From the NCBI GenBank assembly GCA_037446635.1, contig JBBIIG010000001.1, positions 163,268 to 227,267 of the forward strand: DNA of 64,000 nt. Direction: 5' to 3'. Origin of the DNA: a bacterium (GTDB lineage Bacteria; Zhuqueibacterota; Zhuqueibacteria; Oceanimicrobiales; Oceanimicrobiaceae). The notes under the pieces are model-generated. The model was not told the origin of the DNA and did no database searches. It saw nothing but the letters and a program-made list of their open reading frames with translations. This document shows, piece after piece, positions 1 through 12,863 of the stretch. The position numbers were made by a program, and so were the translations under genes. Position 1 is the stretch's first letter, and each line of letters begins with the position of its first letter.

Positions 1-753
1 CATACCGGGGACAATTGTCCACTCCTCATTTTGGCGCTGCCATTGCAAAACATCGTCCGGCCACCATTGCAAACGTCGGCCGGTTTTGGCAAGATAGCCT
101 TCAAACAGGCCGCGGCTAAACTCGGAGAAATCCGCCTCGATTCCAGAAAAACGCGCCTTATCAAAAATAATTCCGTCAACCGAATATTGTTCTAAAAATT
201 CTTTCACGACCGCAATTTCATACTCCTGCACTTCGCTCAACAACGGGTTGGCAAATGCGATGGGCCCCTGCGCCCATCGCGTAATTGGGACAACTTTCGG
301 CTGCTCTTCTTCGACCACATAAACCTGCGTTTGCCAGTTGGGGAGGCGATCGTAAATCGGGCCGCGCCGTTCCAAAACATGTCCTTCTGCAAAAACCGAG
401 AACACCGCATAAATCTGAATGTGTCGGCGTTTGCCTTCATCCAGAAATGCCTTAATGGGATCGAAGTCGATGGGCACGGAATATCCGTCCCACTGCAAAA
501 GTCGCGGTGCGAATTTGCTGGGATAAATCACTTCGCCGCTGATGGCTTTGACGCCCAGCGCGATGGCGCCAAATCCCGCACCTTCGGCATTATTGATGAT
601 ATTCGCGACGCCGGTGCGGCTGGTGATATCGCGGATGTTCAGCAGCGGATCGCACCACAACACGGCAAGCTTCTCGCCTTGAGGATAAGCGTCCGCCGGC
701 AACGAAGCGATCAAAAGAACGAGCAGAAAAATTCGCGGAAGATATTTTTTCAT
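1..753 (-). CDS. Secreted TIM-barrel glycoside-hydrolase-like protein (GHL10/DUF4015-like); 5' part only, ORF runs off the window start
   Basis: Not in the supplied track (no stop in window). Reverse complement from ATG 753..751 reads MKKYLPRIFLLVLLIASLPADAYPQGEKLAVLW...GFGAIALGVKAISGEVIYPSKFAP...DFDPIKAFLDEGKRRHIQIYAVFSVF with no stop down to position 1. N-terminal signal peptide. Family call rests on remembered motif pattern only. Confidence 0.5.
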   Translation of the reverse strand, partial: MKKYLPRIFLLVLLIASLPADAYPQGEKLAVLWCDPLLNIRDITSRTGVANIINNAEGAGFGAIALGVKAISGEVIYPSKFAPRLLQWDGYSVPIDFDPIKAFLDEGKRRHIQIYAVFSVFAEGHVLERRGPIYDRLPNWQTQVYVVEEEQPKVVPITRWAQGPIAFANPLLSEVQEYEIAVVKEFLEQYSVDGIIFDKARFSGIEADFSEFSRGLFEGYLAKTGRRLQWWPDDVLQWQRQNEEWTIVPGM

Positions 754-754
754 G

Positions 755-1045
755 TCAGATCAAAAATTTGCTGAATGCAATACAGAGGGCGCCAGCGACG
801 AATAATGCCAGCCCAAGCCAAAGCTTTTCTTTTTTGAGTGCCAACGAAATACCAACGGAGAGGAGCAGCAGCCCGGCAAATACCGAAAAGCGGTAGGCGC
901 TCAACCCCACTAACAGACAAAAGACGGCCCAGATAATCCATTTTTCTGCTGCGGTAAATCCGCGCTGGCTTTTTGCCTCGGTCGGCACAACTTTATCCTC
1001 CAAATAATAAAGAAAATGGCAGGCTGAAGAACCACCTGCCATCAT
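755..1045 (-). CDS. Small hypothetical membrane protein (96 aa, 2-3 predicted TM helices)
   Basis: ORF track. Hydrophobic stretches WIIWAVFCLLVGLSAY, FAGLLLLSVGISLAL and LGLALFVAGALCIAF. Its stop abuts the start of the downstream GH-like gene. Confidence 0.4.
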   Translation of the reverse strand: MMAGGSSACHFLYYLEDKVVPTEAKSQRGFTAAEKWIIWAVFCLLVGLSAYRFSVFAGLLLLSVGISLALKKEKLWLGLALFVAGALCIAFSKFLI

Positions 1046-1101
1046 TGCATATTTGATCTAATTCACCACAAAGAGCACGAAGTTTTAAGGAACTTCAAAT
1101 C

Positions 1102-1602
1102 TTAGTTGAGAACGACGTCAAAAAAATCGTTGAGCAGTTTCACTAACAACTCTTCGGTGAAGTGCATTGGCGTCGCGCTTCGGAGTTGGCTCTCCCGATC
1201 GTGCTTGTATCTTCGCAAGGAAATTCGGCCGTCGCTGCTCAGCAGGATTTCATAGAAAGACAAATAGCGATCGTCTTTTTGCGGCGCCTGGCTTCGCAAT
1301 TGCACTTGTCCGCTGTGGCTGTCCATTTCCACCAGATGAAAATCTTCTAAAAGATAAGTGACTTTGCTAATCAAGCGATCGGCGCGCTGCTTAAGCTGCT
1401 CAACGGCAAAATGGTTATTCGAACTTTGCAGCACGATTTCTTCGATCATAAAACTCAGCCGGTCAAAATCGCTTATTTTGAGATGCAAAGCGATTTTTTC
1501 AATGACCGTTTCGAAATGGTAGGGGGCTACCCCCCGCTTGCTATCTTTTTCGGGCAACAGAAAATCCCGAAGTTGCTGCACAAGCGATTGACCGAGACTC
1601 AT
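1102..1602 (-). CDS. Hypothetical protein (166 aa), fourth gene of the prkA-yeaH-spoVR array
   Basis: ORF track. Starts 24 bp after the spoVR stop on the same strand. I recognise no motif. Confidence 0.6.
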   Translation of the reverse strand: MSLGQSLVQQLRDFLLPEKDSKRGVAPYHFETVIEKIALHLKISDFDRLSFMIEEIVLQSSNNHFAVEQLKQRADRLISKVTYLLEDFHLVEMDSHSGQVQLRSQAPQKDDRYLSFYEILLSSDGRISLRRYKHDRESQLRSATPMHFTEELLVKLLNDFFDVVLN

Positions 1603-1626
1603 TGTAGTGGCCTCCCCTGAATAAAG

Positions 1627-3114
1627 TTAGTCGATTTCATATTCGTCATGCTCTTGACCGTCGAAACTGAGGACCGTTGTTACTTCATCGATCACGGTTT
1701 GCAGGTGGACGGTGCGCGTCCAGATTTTATACAAGTTGGTTAAGGTTTCTTTAGCCTCGTCAATTTTGAGATCGACCCCATCGTGGTCGTGAATCAAATA
1801 CAGCTCGCCGCGGTTTTCGTAATTGGCGTCTTCCACGTGAATAAACGGCTGCCCAAAATTGGTGAGGCTGAACAGAAGTCTCTCTTTGACCGCTTTAAAA
1901 TCGCGATCGGAAATTTCATAAAAGTCGGTGCGGTCGTTATAATCGTAAACGAACAGCTTGTGCTCTCGGCAAAATTCCGGCGTCAGAAACGCGTCAATGA
2001 ACGTCAGGTCATTATACAACTTCCGCACCTCGAAAATTTTTTGCTGGCCAAGGCCAAGTTTCTTATCCCAGTTTTTGCGGGCCAGCCAATCGTCGCAGTC
2101 CTCGAAATCTTTGCCGAACTTGCCTTTATTCCAACGGTCCTCGATATCGCGAAACAACTCTACGCCTAACTTATAGGGGTTGAGGCGGCCGTTGCCGGTA
2201 AGCAAGGTTCCGGAGTGATGATCGGCGTAATCGATCACTTCGGCGTCGGTGAGGCATTTTTCGGTCATGATTTTTGAATGCCAATAGGTGGCCCAGCCTT
2301 CATTCATGATTTTGGTTTGGCCTTGCGGCGCGAAATAGTAGGCCTCCTCGCGCACGATGGAGAGCACGTCCGCCTGCCAGCGATCCAGCGGGGCGTGCTC
2401 AATCAAAAATTGCAGCACGTCGCGCTCGGGTATCTCGGGGAATTTTCGTTTCCTCTGTTTCTGCTTTTGTTCGGAAAGTTTTCGCTGTTCTTCGAGAAAA
2501 TCCGCTGGGTTGATGTAGGCATCCATGTAATTTTTGCTTTTCAATTTCACCGGTGCGGTCGGTAGTGGCTCGTCTTCTACGATTTTTTGGGATGCCTGCG
2601 GCTTGCGCTGAATATAGGGCGAATGCAGGTCAATGAGATTCTCCAGCGACAAACAGACTTCGATAAAATCTTCGACGACCTCTTCGCCGTACTTTTCGCA
2701 GTAGCGGCGGATCTGGGTGGCGTGATTGGCCATTTCGTCCATCATTTTGCGATTGGTGTGGTTGAACCAGAGGTTGTTTTTGAAAAAATCGCAGTGGCCG
2801 TAAACGTGCGCCATCACTAATTTCTGATCCACCAGGTTATTGCATTTCATGAGATAGGCGTAGCAGGGATCGTTGTTGATGACCAGCTCGTAAATTTTTT
2901 GCAAGCCGTAGGTGTAACCCTTCGACAGCTCTTCGTATTCCATGCCGAAACGCCAGTGGGGGTAGCGGGTGGGAAAGCCGCCGTAACTGGCAATTTCATT
3001 CAATTCATCGAATTCAACGATCTCAAAAATCGTCTCGAAAAAATTGAGATTATAATCTTCAGCGTATCGCCGAATCTCGTCTTTGATTTTGGCTAAGTCA
3101 GTTGGTAAATTCAT
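1627..3114 (-). CDS. spoVR: SpoVR/YcgB family protein
   Basis: 495 aa. Family-typical [17 protein letters not shown] and [12 protein letters not shown]. Conserved position after yeaH. Confidence 0.9.
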   Translation of the reverse strand: MNLPTDLAKIKDEIRRYAEDYNLNFFETIFEIVEFDELNEIASYGGFPTRYPHWRFGMEYEELSKGYTYGLQKIYELVINNDPCYAYLMKCNNLVDQKLVMAHVYGHCDFFKNNLWFNHTNRKMMDEMANHATQIRRYCEKYGEEVVEDFIEVCLSLENLIDLHSPYIQRKPQASQKIVEDEPLPTAPVKLKSKNYMDAYINPADFLEEQRKLSEQKQKQRKRKFPEIPERDVLQFLIEHAPLDRWQADVLSIVREEAYYFAPQGQTKIMNEGWATYWHSKIMTEKCLTDAEVIDYADHHSGTLLTGNGRLNPYKLGVELFRDIEDRWNKGKFGKDFEDCDDWLARKNWDKKLGLGQQKIFEVRKLYNDLTFIDAFLTPEFCREHKLFVYDYNDRTDFYEISDRDFKAVKERLLFSLTNFGQPFIHVEDANYENRGELYLIHDHDGVDLKIDEAKETLTNLYKIWTRTVHLQTVIDEVTTVLSFDGQEHDEYEID

Positions 3115-3130
3115 CGCCCGCTCGCGTTCT

Positions 3131-4234
3131 TTATCTACCTTTTCCTAAAAACTCTCGGATGGAATCGTATATTTCCTCTTTGTCGGCAATTTCAGACAGC
3201 ACGACTTTTTCTTCGTCTTGGAAATTGTCATCCAAATCGCGGATGAATTGGCCGCTGCCGTAGGGGCTTTCCACCTGGCCGTAGCAAAAAAGATTGATCC
3301 TGTCCAGCAGATCGTTTGCAAGAATGGTAATACATTCTTCGGTGTCGATCTCACCCCAGTTGTCGCCGTCGGAAAAATGAAAGAGGTAAATGTTCCATTC
3401 GCTGTGATCGTAATCCTCATTGATGATCTTACTGGCTAATTTATAAGCTGACGAAATGATCGTGCCGCCGCTTTCGCGAGTGTGATAAAACGTCTCCTGA
3501 TCCACTTCGCGCGCTACAGCATCGTGAATGATGTAACGGGTTGCGATGTTTTTATACTGATAGCGCAGCCAGGTATCGATCCAAAACGACTCTATGCGCA
3601 CAATCTCTTTCTGCTCATCGCCCATCGAGCCGGAGACGTCCATCATATAAATGATGACCGCGTTGCTTTCGGGCTCGAGGGTGACTTTCCAGGAGCGGTA
3701 GCGGCGATCCTCGCGCACCGGGATGATCACCGGATCTTTGGGATTATAAGTTTGCGTGATGATCTGCCGTCTTAAAGCCTGCTTGTACGTGCGCTTGAAA
3801 TGACGCAGCGATTCCGGCCCAGTGTGGCTGATGCCAGTGTATTTGTCTTTTTGGGTCGTAATATTTTTTTTGCCTTTGGGAAGGATGTTGGGAAGCTCAA
3901 GCTCCTCTCCCAAGATTTGCGCCAGTTCTTGCAGCGGGATATCCACTTCAAGAATGTGATCGCCGGGAGAATCGCCGGCGCCGCCTTCCGCATCGCCGGC
4001 GCCGCGGCCGATGGGAGTGCCGATCTCGCCGCCCCCCTGTCCCACCCCGCCGGCCTTTTTATGGTCATAACGAAAATGCGGGATATTGATTTGCGGAATG
4101 GGGATGCTGACAAAATCACTGCCCTTTTTGCCAATCAGCTCGCCGCGGGTGATGTACTTGCGCAGGTTGCGCTTGACCTTGCCGCGAACAATCTGGTGGA
4201 AGCGCGCCAGATCTTTTTCAATCTTTTTGACCAT
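3131..4234 (-). CDS. yeaH: YeaH/YhbH family protein (DUF444, vWA-like C-terminal domain)
   Basis: 367 aa. Gly-rich acidic linker [32 protein letters not shown]-like YMMDVSGSM. Starts 1 nt after the prkA stop. Confidence 0.9.
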   Translation of the reverse strand: MVKKIEKDLARFHQIVRGKVKRNLRKYITRGELIGKKGSDFVSIPIPQINIPHFRYDHKKAGGVGQGGGEIGTPIGRGAGDAEGGAGDSPGDHILEVDIPLQELAQILGEELELPNILPKGKKNITTQKDKYTGISHTGPESLRHFKRTYKQALRRQIITQTYNPKDPVIIPVREDRRYRSWKVTLEPESNAVIIYMMDVSGSMGDEQKEIVRIESFWIDTWLRYQYKNIATRYIIHDAVAREVDQETFYHTRESGGTIISSAYKLASKIINEDYDHSEWNIYLFHFSDGDNWGEIDTEECITILANDLLDRINLFCYGQVESPYGSGQFIRDLDDNFQDEEKVVLSEIADKEEIYDSIREFLGKGR

Positions 4235-4235
4235 G

Positions 4236-6332
<2,097 letters not shown>

Positions 6333-6376
6333 GGGGTTACACCTCCGGGAATTCTTGAAAAGCTATTCTCTAAATT

Positions 6377-6392
6377 TACAAATTCTATGCCA
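6377..6392 (-). promoter_or_regulatory. Candidate sigma-54 (-24/-12) promoter for the prkA operon
   Basis: Minus strand reads TGGCATagaatTTGTA, with correct GG-to-G spacing versus TGGCAC-N5-TTGC and two mismatches. It lies ~45 bp upstream of the prkA ATG, with GGAGGTG as RBS in between. Confidence 0.35.
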
Positions 6393-6814
6393 CTATATTT
6401 CAGTGCAATGATTCGAACCTTTTTCTCTCATTAAACTGTCCATTAAAAATCAGCCCGTGCCATTGTGAAACGAGCAGATACAAAAAAGTCGAAATAAAAA
6501 TCTATTTCGACATTTTATTGAAAGTTTCAAAGAACTTGGAAAGTTTTATAAACTTTGATGAATTAGGTTCGCAATCCTTTGACCTTTCGTTACCTTTCGG
6601 AATTACTTTTGAATTTATAACAACCGAATTAAAAGTCAAGACATTTTTTAAACTTGCTGCACGAGATTTGATAAATACTTTTTACGTTGTCTAATTTTAG
6701 AAATTACTACTGCCATCACTCCGATTCTGTTCCAGACTATTTTTTATTTGACTAATATTGTCGCTTTCGCTATTATCAAAACACTTCACTAACAAAATCA
6801 TAAACTAACTTTTT

Positions 6815-8356
6815 ATGTTCGCAAAAGCGTTGGGCGCCGCGGTATTAGGAATCGATGCCTACCTGGTTGAGGTAGAGGCTCACCTCGAGAGCCAGCTTCC
6901 ATACTTCGCGACGGTTGGTTTACCAGAGGGCGCGGTAAAAGAGTCGAAAGAGCGTGTATCCGCTGCTATAAAAAATTGCGGTTTCAAATTTCCACAAAAG
7001 CGCATCACCATCAACCTGGCGCCAGCGGATATTAAAAAAGAGGGCTCGGCGTTCGATCTTCCCATCGCTATCGGAATTCTTGCGGCGATGGGACAGGTGT
7101 CGCCTGACCATCTTAATGATTTCGTCATCCTCGGGGAACTGTCGCTCGATGGCAGCCTGCGCCCCATTCGCGGCGCCCTACCCATCTCATTGGCGGCAAA
7201 AAAGGGCGGTAAAAAAGGAATTCTCCTACCAAAGCCCAACGCCAAGGAAGCCGCCATCACCACCGGCATCGATGTTTTTCCGATGAGCAATCTCGCGGAG
7301 ACAGTCGATTTCTTAAACAGTGCGCTCACAGCCCAACCGTTCAGACTGAATGTGCTGGAAATTTTTTCGCAAAGCCGAAATTATGTGATTGACTTTGCGG
7401 ACGTGAAAGGCCAGGAGCACGTGAAACGTGCGTTGGAAATCGCGGCCGCGGGCGGGCATAATCTGATCATGATCGGCCCTCCTGGCTCCGGTAAAACCAT
7501 GTTGGCAAAACGACTGCCCTCCATTCTGCCGGATTTGACTCTTGACGAGGCTCTGGAGACAACGAAGATCCACTCGGTTGCGGGGCTACTTCCGCCGGAC
7601 ACGGCTTTGATTGCTACGCGTCCGTTCCGTAACCCGCACCACACCATCAGCGACGCCGGACTCATCGGCGGCGGCAAGGTTCCCAAACCCGGCGAAGTCA
7701 GTTTGGCAAATCACGGCGTTCTCTTTTTGGATGAATTGCCGGAATTCAAAAAAAATGTACTTGAGGTCATGCGGCAGCCGCTTGAAGATGGCAAAGTCAC
7801 CATTTCGCGCGCATTGCTTTCGCTCACATATCCGGCTGAAATCATGTTAGTCGCCGCAATGAACCCCTGCCCGTGCGGTTTCAATGGCGATCCCAACAAC
7901 CAGTGCTCATGCACGCCACCGCAAATTCAAAAATATTTGGCCAAAGTTTCCGGACCGTTGTTAGACCGCATCGACATTCATATTGAAGTACCGGCTGTAC
8001 GCTACAAAGAATTGTCCAGCGAAATTTCCGGAGAAAATTCCGCAACGATTCGTGAGCGCGTTAAACGCGCCAGAGAGATTCAACTCCAGCGCTTTCACGC
8101 AAGGAAGAATCTATTTTGCAACGCCCGCATGGAATCGAAAGAAATTCGTCATTACTGCAAAATTGATGAACAGGGCCACGAATTGTTGAAAATGGCGATC
8201 ACAAAATTAGGTTTGTCAGCGCGCGCTTATGATCGAATCTTGAAAGTCTCTCGCACTATCGCGGATCTGGAGGGCTCAGAAGAGATTCGTCCAGAATTCG
8301 TCAGCGAAGCGATTCAATACCGCAGTTTGGATCGAGAATTGAGGACGGGATTTTAG
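6815..8356 (+). CDS. comM: ComM/YifB Mg-chelatase-like AAA+ protein (intact, 513 aa)
   Basis: N-terminal Lon-protease-like domain. Walker [18 protein letters not shown]. Cys cluster [15 protein letters not shown]. Full family length. Confidence 0.93.
   Translation: MFAKALGAAVLGIDAYLVEVEAHLESQLPYFATVGLPEGAVKESKERVSAAIKNCGFKFPQKRITINLAPADIKKEGSAFDLPIAIGILAAMGQVSPDHLNDFVILGELSLDGSLRPIRGALPISLAAKKGGKKGILLPKPNAKEAAITTGIDVFPMSNLAETVDFLNSALTAQPFRLNVLEIFSQSRNYVIDFADVKGQEHVKRALEIAAAGGHNLIMIGPPGSGKTMLAKRLPSILPDLTLDEALETTKIHSVAGLLPPDTALIATRPFRNPHHTISDAGLIGGGKVPKPGEVSLANHGVLFLDELPEFKKNVLEVMRQPLEDGKVTISRALLSLTYPAEIMLVAAMNPCPCGFNGDPNNQCSCTPPQIQKYLAKVSGPLLDRIDIHIEVPAVRYKELSSEISGENSATIRERVKRAREIQLQRFHARKNLFCNARMESKEIRHYCKIDEQGHELLKMAITKLGLSARAYDRILKVSRTIADLEGSEEIRPEFVSEAIQYRSLDRELRTGF
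7859..8356 (+). repeat. Left copy of the ~498-bp diverged direct repeat (comM 3' end)
   Basis: Aligns codon for codon with 33915..34412. Perfectly identical runs at 8129..8202 = 34185..34258 (74 bp) and 8321..8354 = 34377..34410 (34 bp). Elsewhere there are mostly synonymous differences. Confidence 0.9.
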
Positions 8357-8449
8357 TGAACACGGGTCAAAAGCTCCAGACGTTCCTTTTTGGGGACTCG
8401 ACGGCGATACTCGGGATCGTTGTGTTCTCCAGCGGTCAAGAGCGGGCAC

Positions 8450-10411
8450 TCATCGTGACCGCTCCAGCACGACGACGGACCGTGGTGCGACCTCATAATG
8501 CAACCCATCGACGGCCCGCGTTGCTAAATCCTGGCGGCTGGTATCCACGACACAGTTCCAAGGGCCAGGCTGCTGGATTTGGAATTGCACCGGCTCCCAG
8601 AAGGCGTTGATCATGACGTAAAGGTCGCTCACGCCACGCAAACAATAAGCCAGACAGCGCGAATTATAATCCACCGGGCCGGTCGCGCCGTACCAGTTCA
8701 CCGCCTCGCGCCAAAACCGGCCGGAGGCGATTTCCGGGTGAGCTTTGCGGAACGCAATCATGCGTTGAAAAAACTGAAAGATGTCCCGGTTTTTTTCCAA
8801 CAGCAACCAATCCAGCCATGTCGTCTCGTTGTCCTGGTTGTATGGGTTGTTGTTACCGCGTTGCGTGTTGAGAAATTCGTCGCCCGCGCAGAACATCGGT
8901 GTGCCGTTCGACAACATCAGCAGACAGAAGAAGTTCTTCACCTGTTGCCGGCGCAATGCGATCACCTCGGCGGGCGTGCCCGCATCGCCTTCCCAACCAC
9001 AGTTCCAGCTCACATTGTTGTCCGTGCCATCCGTGTTGTTGTGTCCATTGGCGGCGTTGTGTTTTTGGTTGTAGGCGACGAGATCGTAGAGACAGAAGCC
9101 GTCGTGGGCCGTGATGAAGTTGACGCTCTGATAGGGCCGATAAACATCGCCGGGGCCGTCGGGAAACAAATCATCGCTCCCGTACAATCGCTGCATCAGC
9201 GTGCCGACTTTGCCAGCATCGCCACGGATAAAGGCGCGCACATCATCCCGGTATTGGCCGTTCCACTGCCCCCAGAGCCAGCCCGGATAACTTCGGCCTA
9301 ACAGATTCACCCCGATGTCCCACGCTTCGGCCACGACTCGGAAATCCCCCGCGATTGCGAGGGCGGTGATCTCGCTAACGAGCGCAGCCTCCTCGGTCTG
9401 CGCTTGTCCGTGAATGTCGCGAGCCATGACCGACGCCAAATCGAAACGAAAACCATCCACGCCGAGATTCGCCCAATGACGCAGGCTTTGCAAGATCAGC
9501 GCCCGTGTGCCGTCGTGAGCGCACCGCAACGTGTTGCCGCAGCCGGTATCGTTCCAGTAGTGTCCGTCCGGTCCGAGCAGGTAGTAACTGCTGTTGTCAA
9601 TCCCGCGCCACGAATAGGTCGGGCCAGTATGATCGCCTTCGCATGTATGATTGTACACCACGTCGAGCCAGCCCTCGATTCCCGCTGCGTGAAATGCCCG
9701 GACCATCTGGCGAAACTCGGCCACCGCATCGCGCACCGCGTAACCTTGATGCGGCGCAAAAAAGTTCAACGTCATGTAGCCCCAGTAGTTGCCCTCCTGC
9801 GGATCAAACTGATGGACCGGCAACAACTCGACGACGGTCACGCCGAGCTTTTTTAGGTAAGGAATCTTCTCGATCAATCCGAGAAACGTCCCGCGCCTTT
9901 CCTTAGTCACGCCGGAGTTCGCACGCGCCGTGAAACCTTTGACATGCAACTCATAAATCACAATCTCGTGCCACGCACGCCGGGGCCGCGAGCTTTTTTC
10001 AGGCACCAGCTTCCTCATGGGCAACACCCCAAGCGGCGCGCGTCCATCGTTCGCGCCCGGCTGCATCGCGGTCGCACGCGAAAATTCCGGCGGAAAGAAC
10101 ACTTCTGTGGCAAACGGGTCGAGCAACACCTTTTGCGCGTCAAACCGGTGCATCGCCCCGGTTGGGCCTTCGACCCGGTAGGCGTAGTATCGTGCCCCTG
10201 ACGCCGCTGACTGCAACACGAAGCAATGCCAGATCCGTCCTGTTTTGTTCTGGAATGGATCGAGCCGAAGTTCGAATATTGGCTTTACGAAATCGTTGCG
10301 GTCGTACAACAGCAACGTTACGCGGGTGGCGTGTCGAGAGTACAACGTGAAGTTCCATCCATCGCCCGTCCATGTTGCTCCTGCCGGAACCGGTTGACCT
10401 TCGGTGTTCAT
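8450..10411 (-). CDS. glgX: Glycogen debranching enzyme GlgX (GH13)
   Basis: GH13 catalytic regions GVDGFRFDLASVM, VVAEAWD and NFITAHDGF. Start placed at MNTEGQ (ATG 10411..10409), which forms an ATGA overlap with the pfk stop. Confidence 0.9.
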   Translation of the reverse strand: MNTEGQPVPAGATWTGDGWNFTLYSRHATRVTLLLYDRNDFVKPIFELRLDPFQNKTGRIWHCFVLQSAASGARYYAYRVEGPTGAMHRFDAQKVLLDPFATEVFFPPEFSRATAMQPGANDGRAPLGVLPMRKLVPEKSSRPRRAWHEIVIYELHVKGFTARANSGVTKERRGTFLGLIEKIPYLKKLGVTVVELLPVHQFDPQEGNYWGYMTLNFFAPHQGYAVRDAVAEFRQMVRAFHAAGIEGWLDVVYNHTCEGDHTGPTYSWRGIDNSSYYLLGPDGHYWNDTGCGNTLRCAHDGTRALILQSLRHWANLGVDGFRFDLASVMARDIHGQAQTEEAALVSEITALAIAGDFRVVAEAWDIGVNLLGRSYPGWLWGQWNGQYRDDVRAFIRGDAGKVGTLMQRLYGSDDLFPDGPGDVYRPYQSVNFITAHDGFCLYDLVAYNQKHNAANGHNNTDGTDNNVSWNCGWEGDAGTPAEVIALRRQQVKNFFCLLMLSNGTPMFCAGDEFLNTQRGNNNPYNQDNETTWLDWLLLEKNRDIFQFFQRMIAFRKAHPEIASGRFWREAVNWYGATGPVDYNSRCLAYCLRGVSDLYVMINAFWEPVQFQIQQPGPWNCVVDTSRQDLATRAVDGLHYEVAPRSVVVLERSR

Positions 10412-11661
10412 AATTCCTCCGGTTGGCCAGTGGCGGCCAGTGTCCCGCTCCATACGGGGCCGGCGGGGTCAACGGATTTCTTGCGGCTGGCGAGCAATTC
10501 GATAGGGAGGTGAATGAACTCGTCATGCAGGAATCCAATTACCAGCCCGGTTTTGCCGGCCATGGCGGCGTGGACGGCGTTGCGGGCGAACAAATCGCAA
10601 AGGATCGAGTCTTCGCTGTTCGCTGGGCAGCTGCGCACGTGGTAACTCGGGTCGAAGTAGCGCATCACGATGGGAATCTTCTCCGCTTTGAAATACGCCT
10701 CTATCTGACCACGTAGGAAAGATCCGATATCGCCGAGTTTCACATTTCCGGAGGCATCGCGCTCCGCTCCCACGTTGCCTAACCAGTCCTGCCCAACGCC
10801 CTCGGACACGACAATCACGGCGTGCGCGCGCTTCAGAATCCGCTCCTTCAATGCCGCCAGAAAATTGTCGAGCTTAAACGGCACTTCCGGGATGAGGCAG
10901 AAGTTTACCTCTTGGCTTGCCACCGTCGCACCAACGGCGATGAAGCCGGCGTGACGCCCCATCACTTTCACCAATGCGATGCCGTTGTGCACGCTGCGGG
11001 CCTCCGCGTGCGCGCGGTCGAGCACAGACGCCGCCTCCTGGACCGCAGTCAGATAACCAAAAGTACGTGCCACGAACGCCACGTCGTTGTCTACGGTTTT
11101 GGGGATTCCGACCACCGCCAGCGCGTGACCACGCTGCTGGGCCAATTGAAAAAGCTCGTTGCCACCCCGCTGCGTGCCGTCGCCGCCGACGGTGAAGAGG
11201 ATGTTCACTCCAATCCGCGCGAGGTTTTCGACGGCAGCTACCGTGTTCACCGGCCCGCGCGAAGTGCCAAGCACTGTACCTCCGCGGCGATGAATATCGT
11301 TGACGAACTCGGGCGTCAGCCGAATCGGTGTTTGTCCGTTCTCCGGATCGAGTCCGGGATAGCCGCCGCGAAAACCGAGTACCTCTTTCACACCATAAGC
11401 GTGGTGCAGTTCGTTGAACAACGACCGGATGACGTTGTTCAGGCCAGGACACAGCCCACCGCAGGTGACAATTCCCGCCCGCGTCCGTGCTGGATTGAAG
11501 AACAATTTGGCGCGCGGCCCGGCCATCTCGAATTCCCACTCCTGCCCCGACCTCGGCTGGCCGTGAATGATCAGCTCAGGCACGGACAATTCGTCGCTAA
11601 CGAAACGGCTCAATGGCGAGGGATAGCGAGGTTCTCCCAAGGTTGTTATTCGATGAAGCAT
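10408..11661 (-). CDS. pfk: 6-phosphofructokinase, long PfkA-family type (phosphoryl-donor specificity unclear)
   Basis: TCGGLCPGLN, VGGDGTQRG, GIPKTVDND. 417 aa. Confidence 0.9.
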   Translation of the reverse strand: MLHRITTLGEPRYPSPLSRFVSDELSVPELIIHGQPRSGQEWEFEMAGPRAKLFFNPARTRAGIVTCGGLCPGLNNVIRSLFNELHHAYGVKEVLGFRGGYPGLDPENGQTPIRLTPEFVNDIHRRGGTVLGTSRGPVNTVAAVENLARIGVNILFTVGGDGTQRGGNELFQLAQQRGHALAVVGIPKTVDNDVAFVARTFGYLTAVQEAASVLDRAHAEARSVHNGIALVKVMGRHAGFIAVGATVASQEVNFCLIPEVPFKLDNFLAALKERILKRAHAVIVVSEGVGQDWLGNVGAERDASGNVKLGDIGSFLRGQIEAYFKAEKIPIVMRYFDPSYHVRSCPANSEDSILCDLFARNAVHAAMAGKTGLVIGFLHDEFIHLPIELLASRKKSVDPAGPVWSGTLAATGQPEEL

Positions 11662-11687
11662 GGTTCAGCTCCTTGTGGATTATAGCG

Positions 11688-12863
11688 TTATCGCTCCTGG
11701 AGTACGGCGACGCCTGGGAGTTCTTTCCCCTCGAGAAACTCCAACGACGCACCGCCGCCGGTCGAAATATGCGTCATCTGCTTCGCCATTCCCGCTTGCT
11801 CGACCGCAGCCGCGGAATCACCGCCGCCAATAATCGTCGTCGCTCCTGACAGTTCAGCCAGCGCACTGGCAATCGCAAACGTTCCGGCAGCGAAAGGCTC
11901 CAATTCGAAGACTCCCATTGGTCCGTTCCACACGACGGTTTTCGCCTCGCGCAGATGTTGTGTGAAGAGCTCCACCGTCTGCGGTCCGATGTCGAGGATG
12001 CGCCAGCCGGTTGGGACAGCCTCTACACTGACCACACGCATTTGCGCCTTGGCATCCAGGCTATCCGCAACTACGACATCCACCGGCAGGATTAGCTTGG
12101 AGCCGCCGTCGCGCAGCAATGTTCTGGCCTCCTCAAGTTTGTCATTCTCCACCAATGACTCTCCCACTGCTTTGCCCTGCGCTTTTAGAAAGGTGTTGGC
12201 CATGCCACCCCCAATGAGCAACGAATCCACTTTCCCCAGCAGGTTGTGAATCACCGCGATCTTGTCGGACACCTTCGCGCCTCCCAGCACGGAGACGAAC
12301 GGTCGCGCTGGTGCCGCAAGAGCCTTCCCAAGGAAGGCCAGCTCTTTCTCCATCAAAAACCCTGAGACTGCCGGCAGGTACGAAGTTACACCAACCGTTG
12401 AGGCGTGGGCACGGTGGGCAGAGCCGAAGGCGTCGTTTACGTAAATATCTGCCAACGAAGCAAGTGCCTGGGCAAACCGGGCGTCATTGGCCTCTTCCTC
12501 TGCATGAAACCGAAGGTTCTCGAGGAGCAAAACACCGCCGCGCGGCAGCTTTTTCGTCATGCCCTCTACTACCGGTCCAATACAGTCGGGAGCCATCTGC
12601 ACTGGACGATTGAGAAGTTGGCCGAGTCGCTCAGCCACGGGCCTCAGACTGTATTTTGCCTCGGGTTTTCCTTTCGGCCTGCCAAGGTGAGAGCAAAGAA
12701 TCAGTTGAGCGCCACAGCCGAGTATGTACATGATGGTTGGCAAAGCGGCGCGGATGCGCGTGTCATCACTGACCCGGCTCTTCTCTAACGGCACGTTAAA
12801 GTCCACACGGACGAGCACGCGCTTGCCGGCCATATCGATATCGCGGACCGTCTTCTTGTTCAT
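11688..12863 (-). CDS. pgk: Phosphoglycerate kinase
   Basis: 391 aa. [29 protein letters not shown]. Confidence 0.95.
   Translation of the reverse strand: MNKKTVRDIDMAGKRVLVRVDFNVPLEKSRVSDDTRIRAALPTIMYILGCGAQLILCSHLGRPKGKPEAKYSLRPVAERLGQLLNRPVQMAPDCIGPVVEGMTKKLPRGGVLLLENLRFHAEEEANDARFAQALASLADIYVNDAFGSAHRAHASTVGVTSYLPAVSGFLMEKELAFLGKALAAPARPFVSVLGGAKVSDKIAVIHNLLGKVDSLLIGGGMANTFLKAQGKAVGESLVENDKLEEARTLLRDGGSKLILPVDVVVADSLDAKAQMRVVSVEAVPTGWRILDIGPQTVELFTQHLREAKTVVWNGPMGVFELEPFAAGTFAIASALAELSGATTIIGGGDSAAAVEQAGMAKQMTHISTGGGASLEFLEGKELPGVAVLQER

Noticed and set aside
331-774. A 147-aa plus-strand ORF at the window start
   Set aside because: It is antisense to the longer, signal-peptide-bearing GH-like ORF that runs off the window edge (1..753, minus strand).
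6410-6419. A GGTTCGAATC (tRNA T-loop-like) string on the minus strand
   Set aside because: The flanking sequence is AT-rich with no acceptor, anticodon or D arms. It is an isolated chance match.
6448-6462. A second TGGCACG motif (minus strand TGGCACGGGCTGATT) upstream of prkA
   Set aside because: There is no TTGC-like -12 element at the required distance. The better candidate is at 6377..6392.
8356-8610. An 84-aa plus-strand ORF right after comM
   Set aside because: It is antisense to the glgX 3' end, and its Arg/Pro-rich translation is typical of a shadow ORF.
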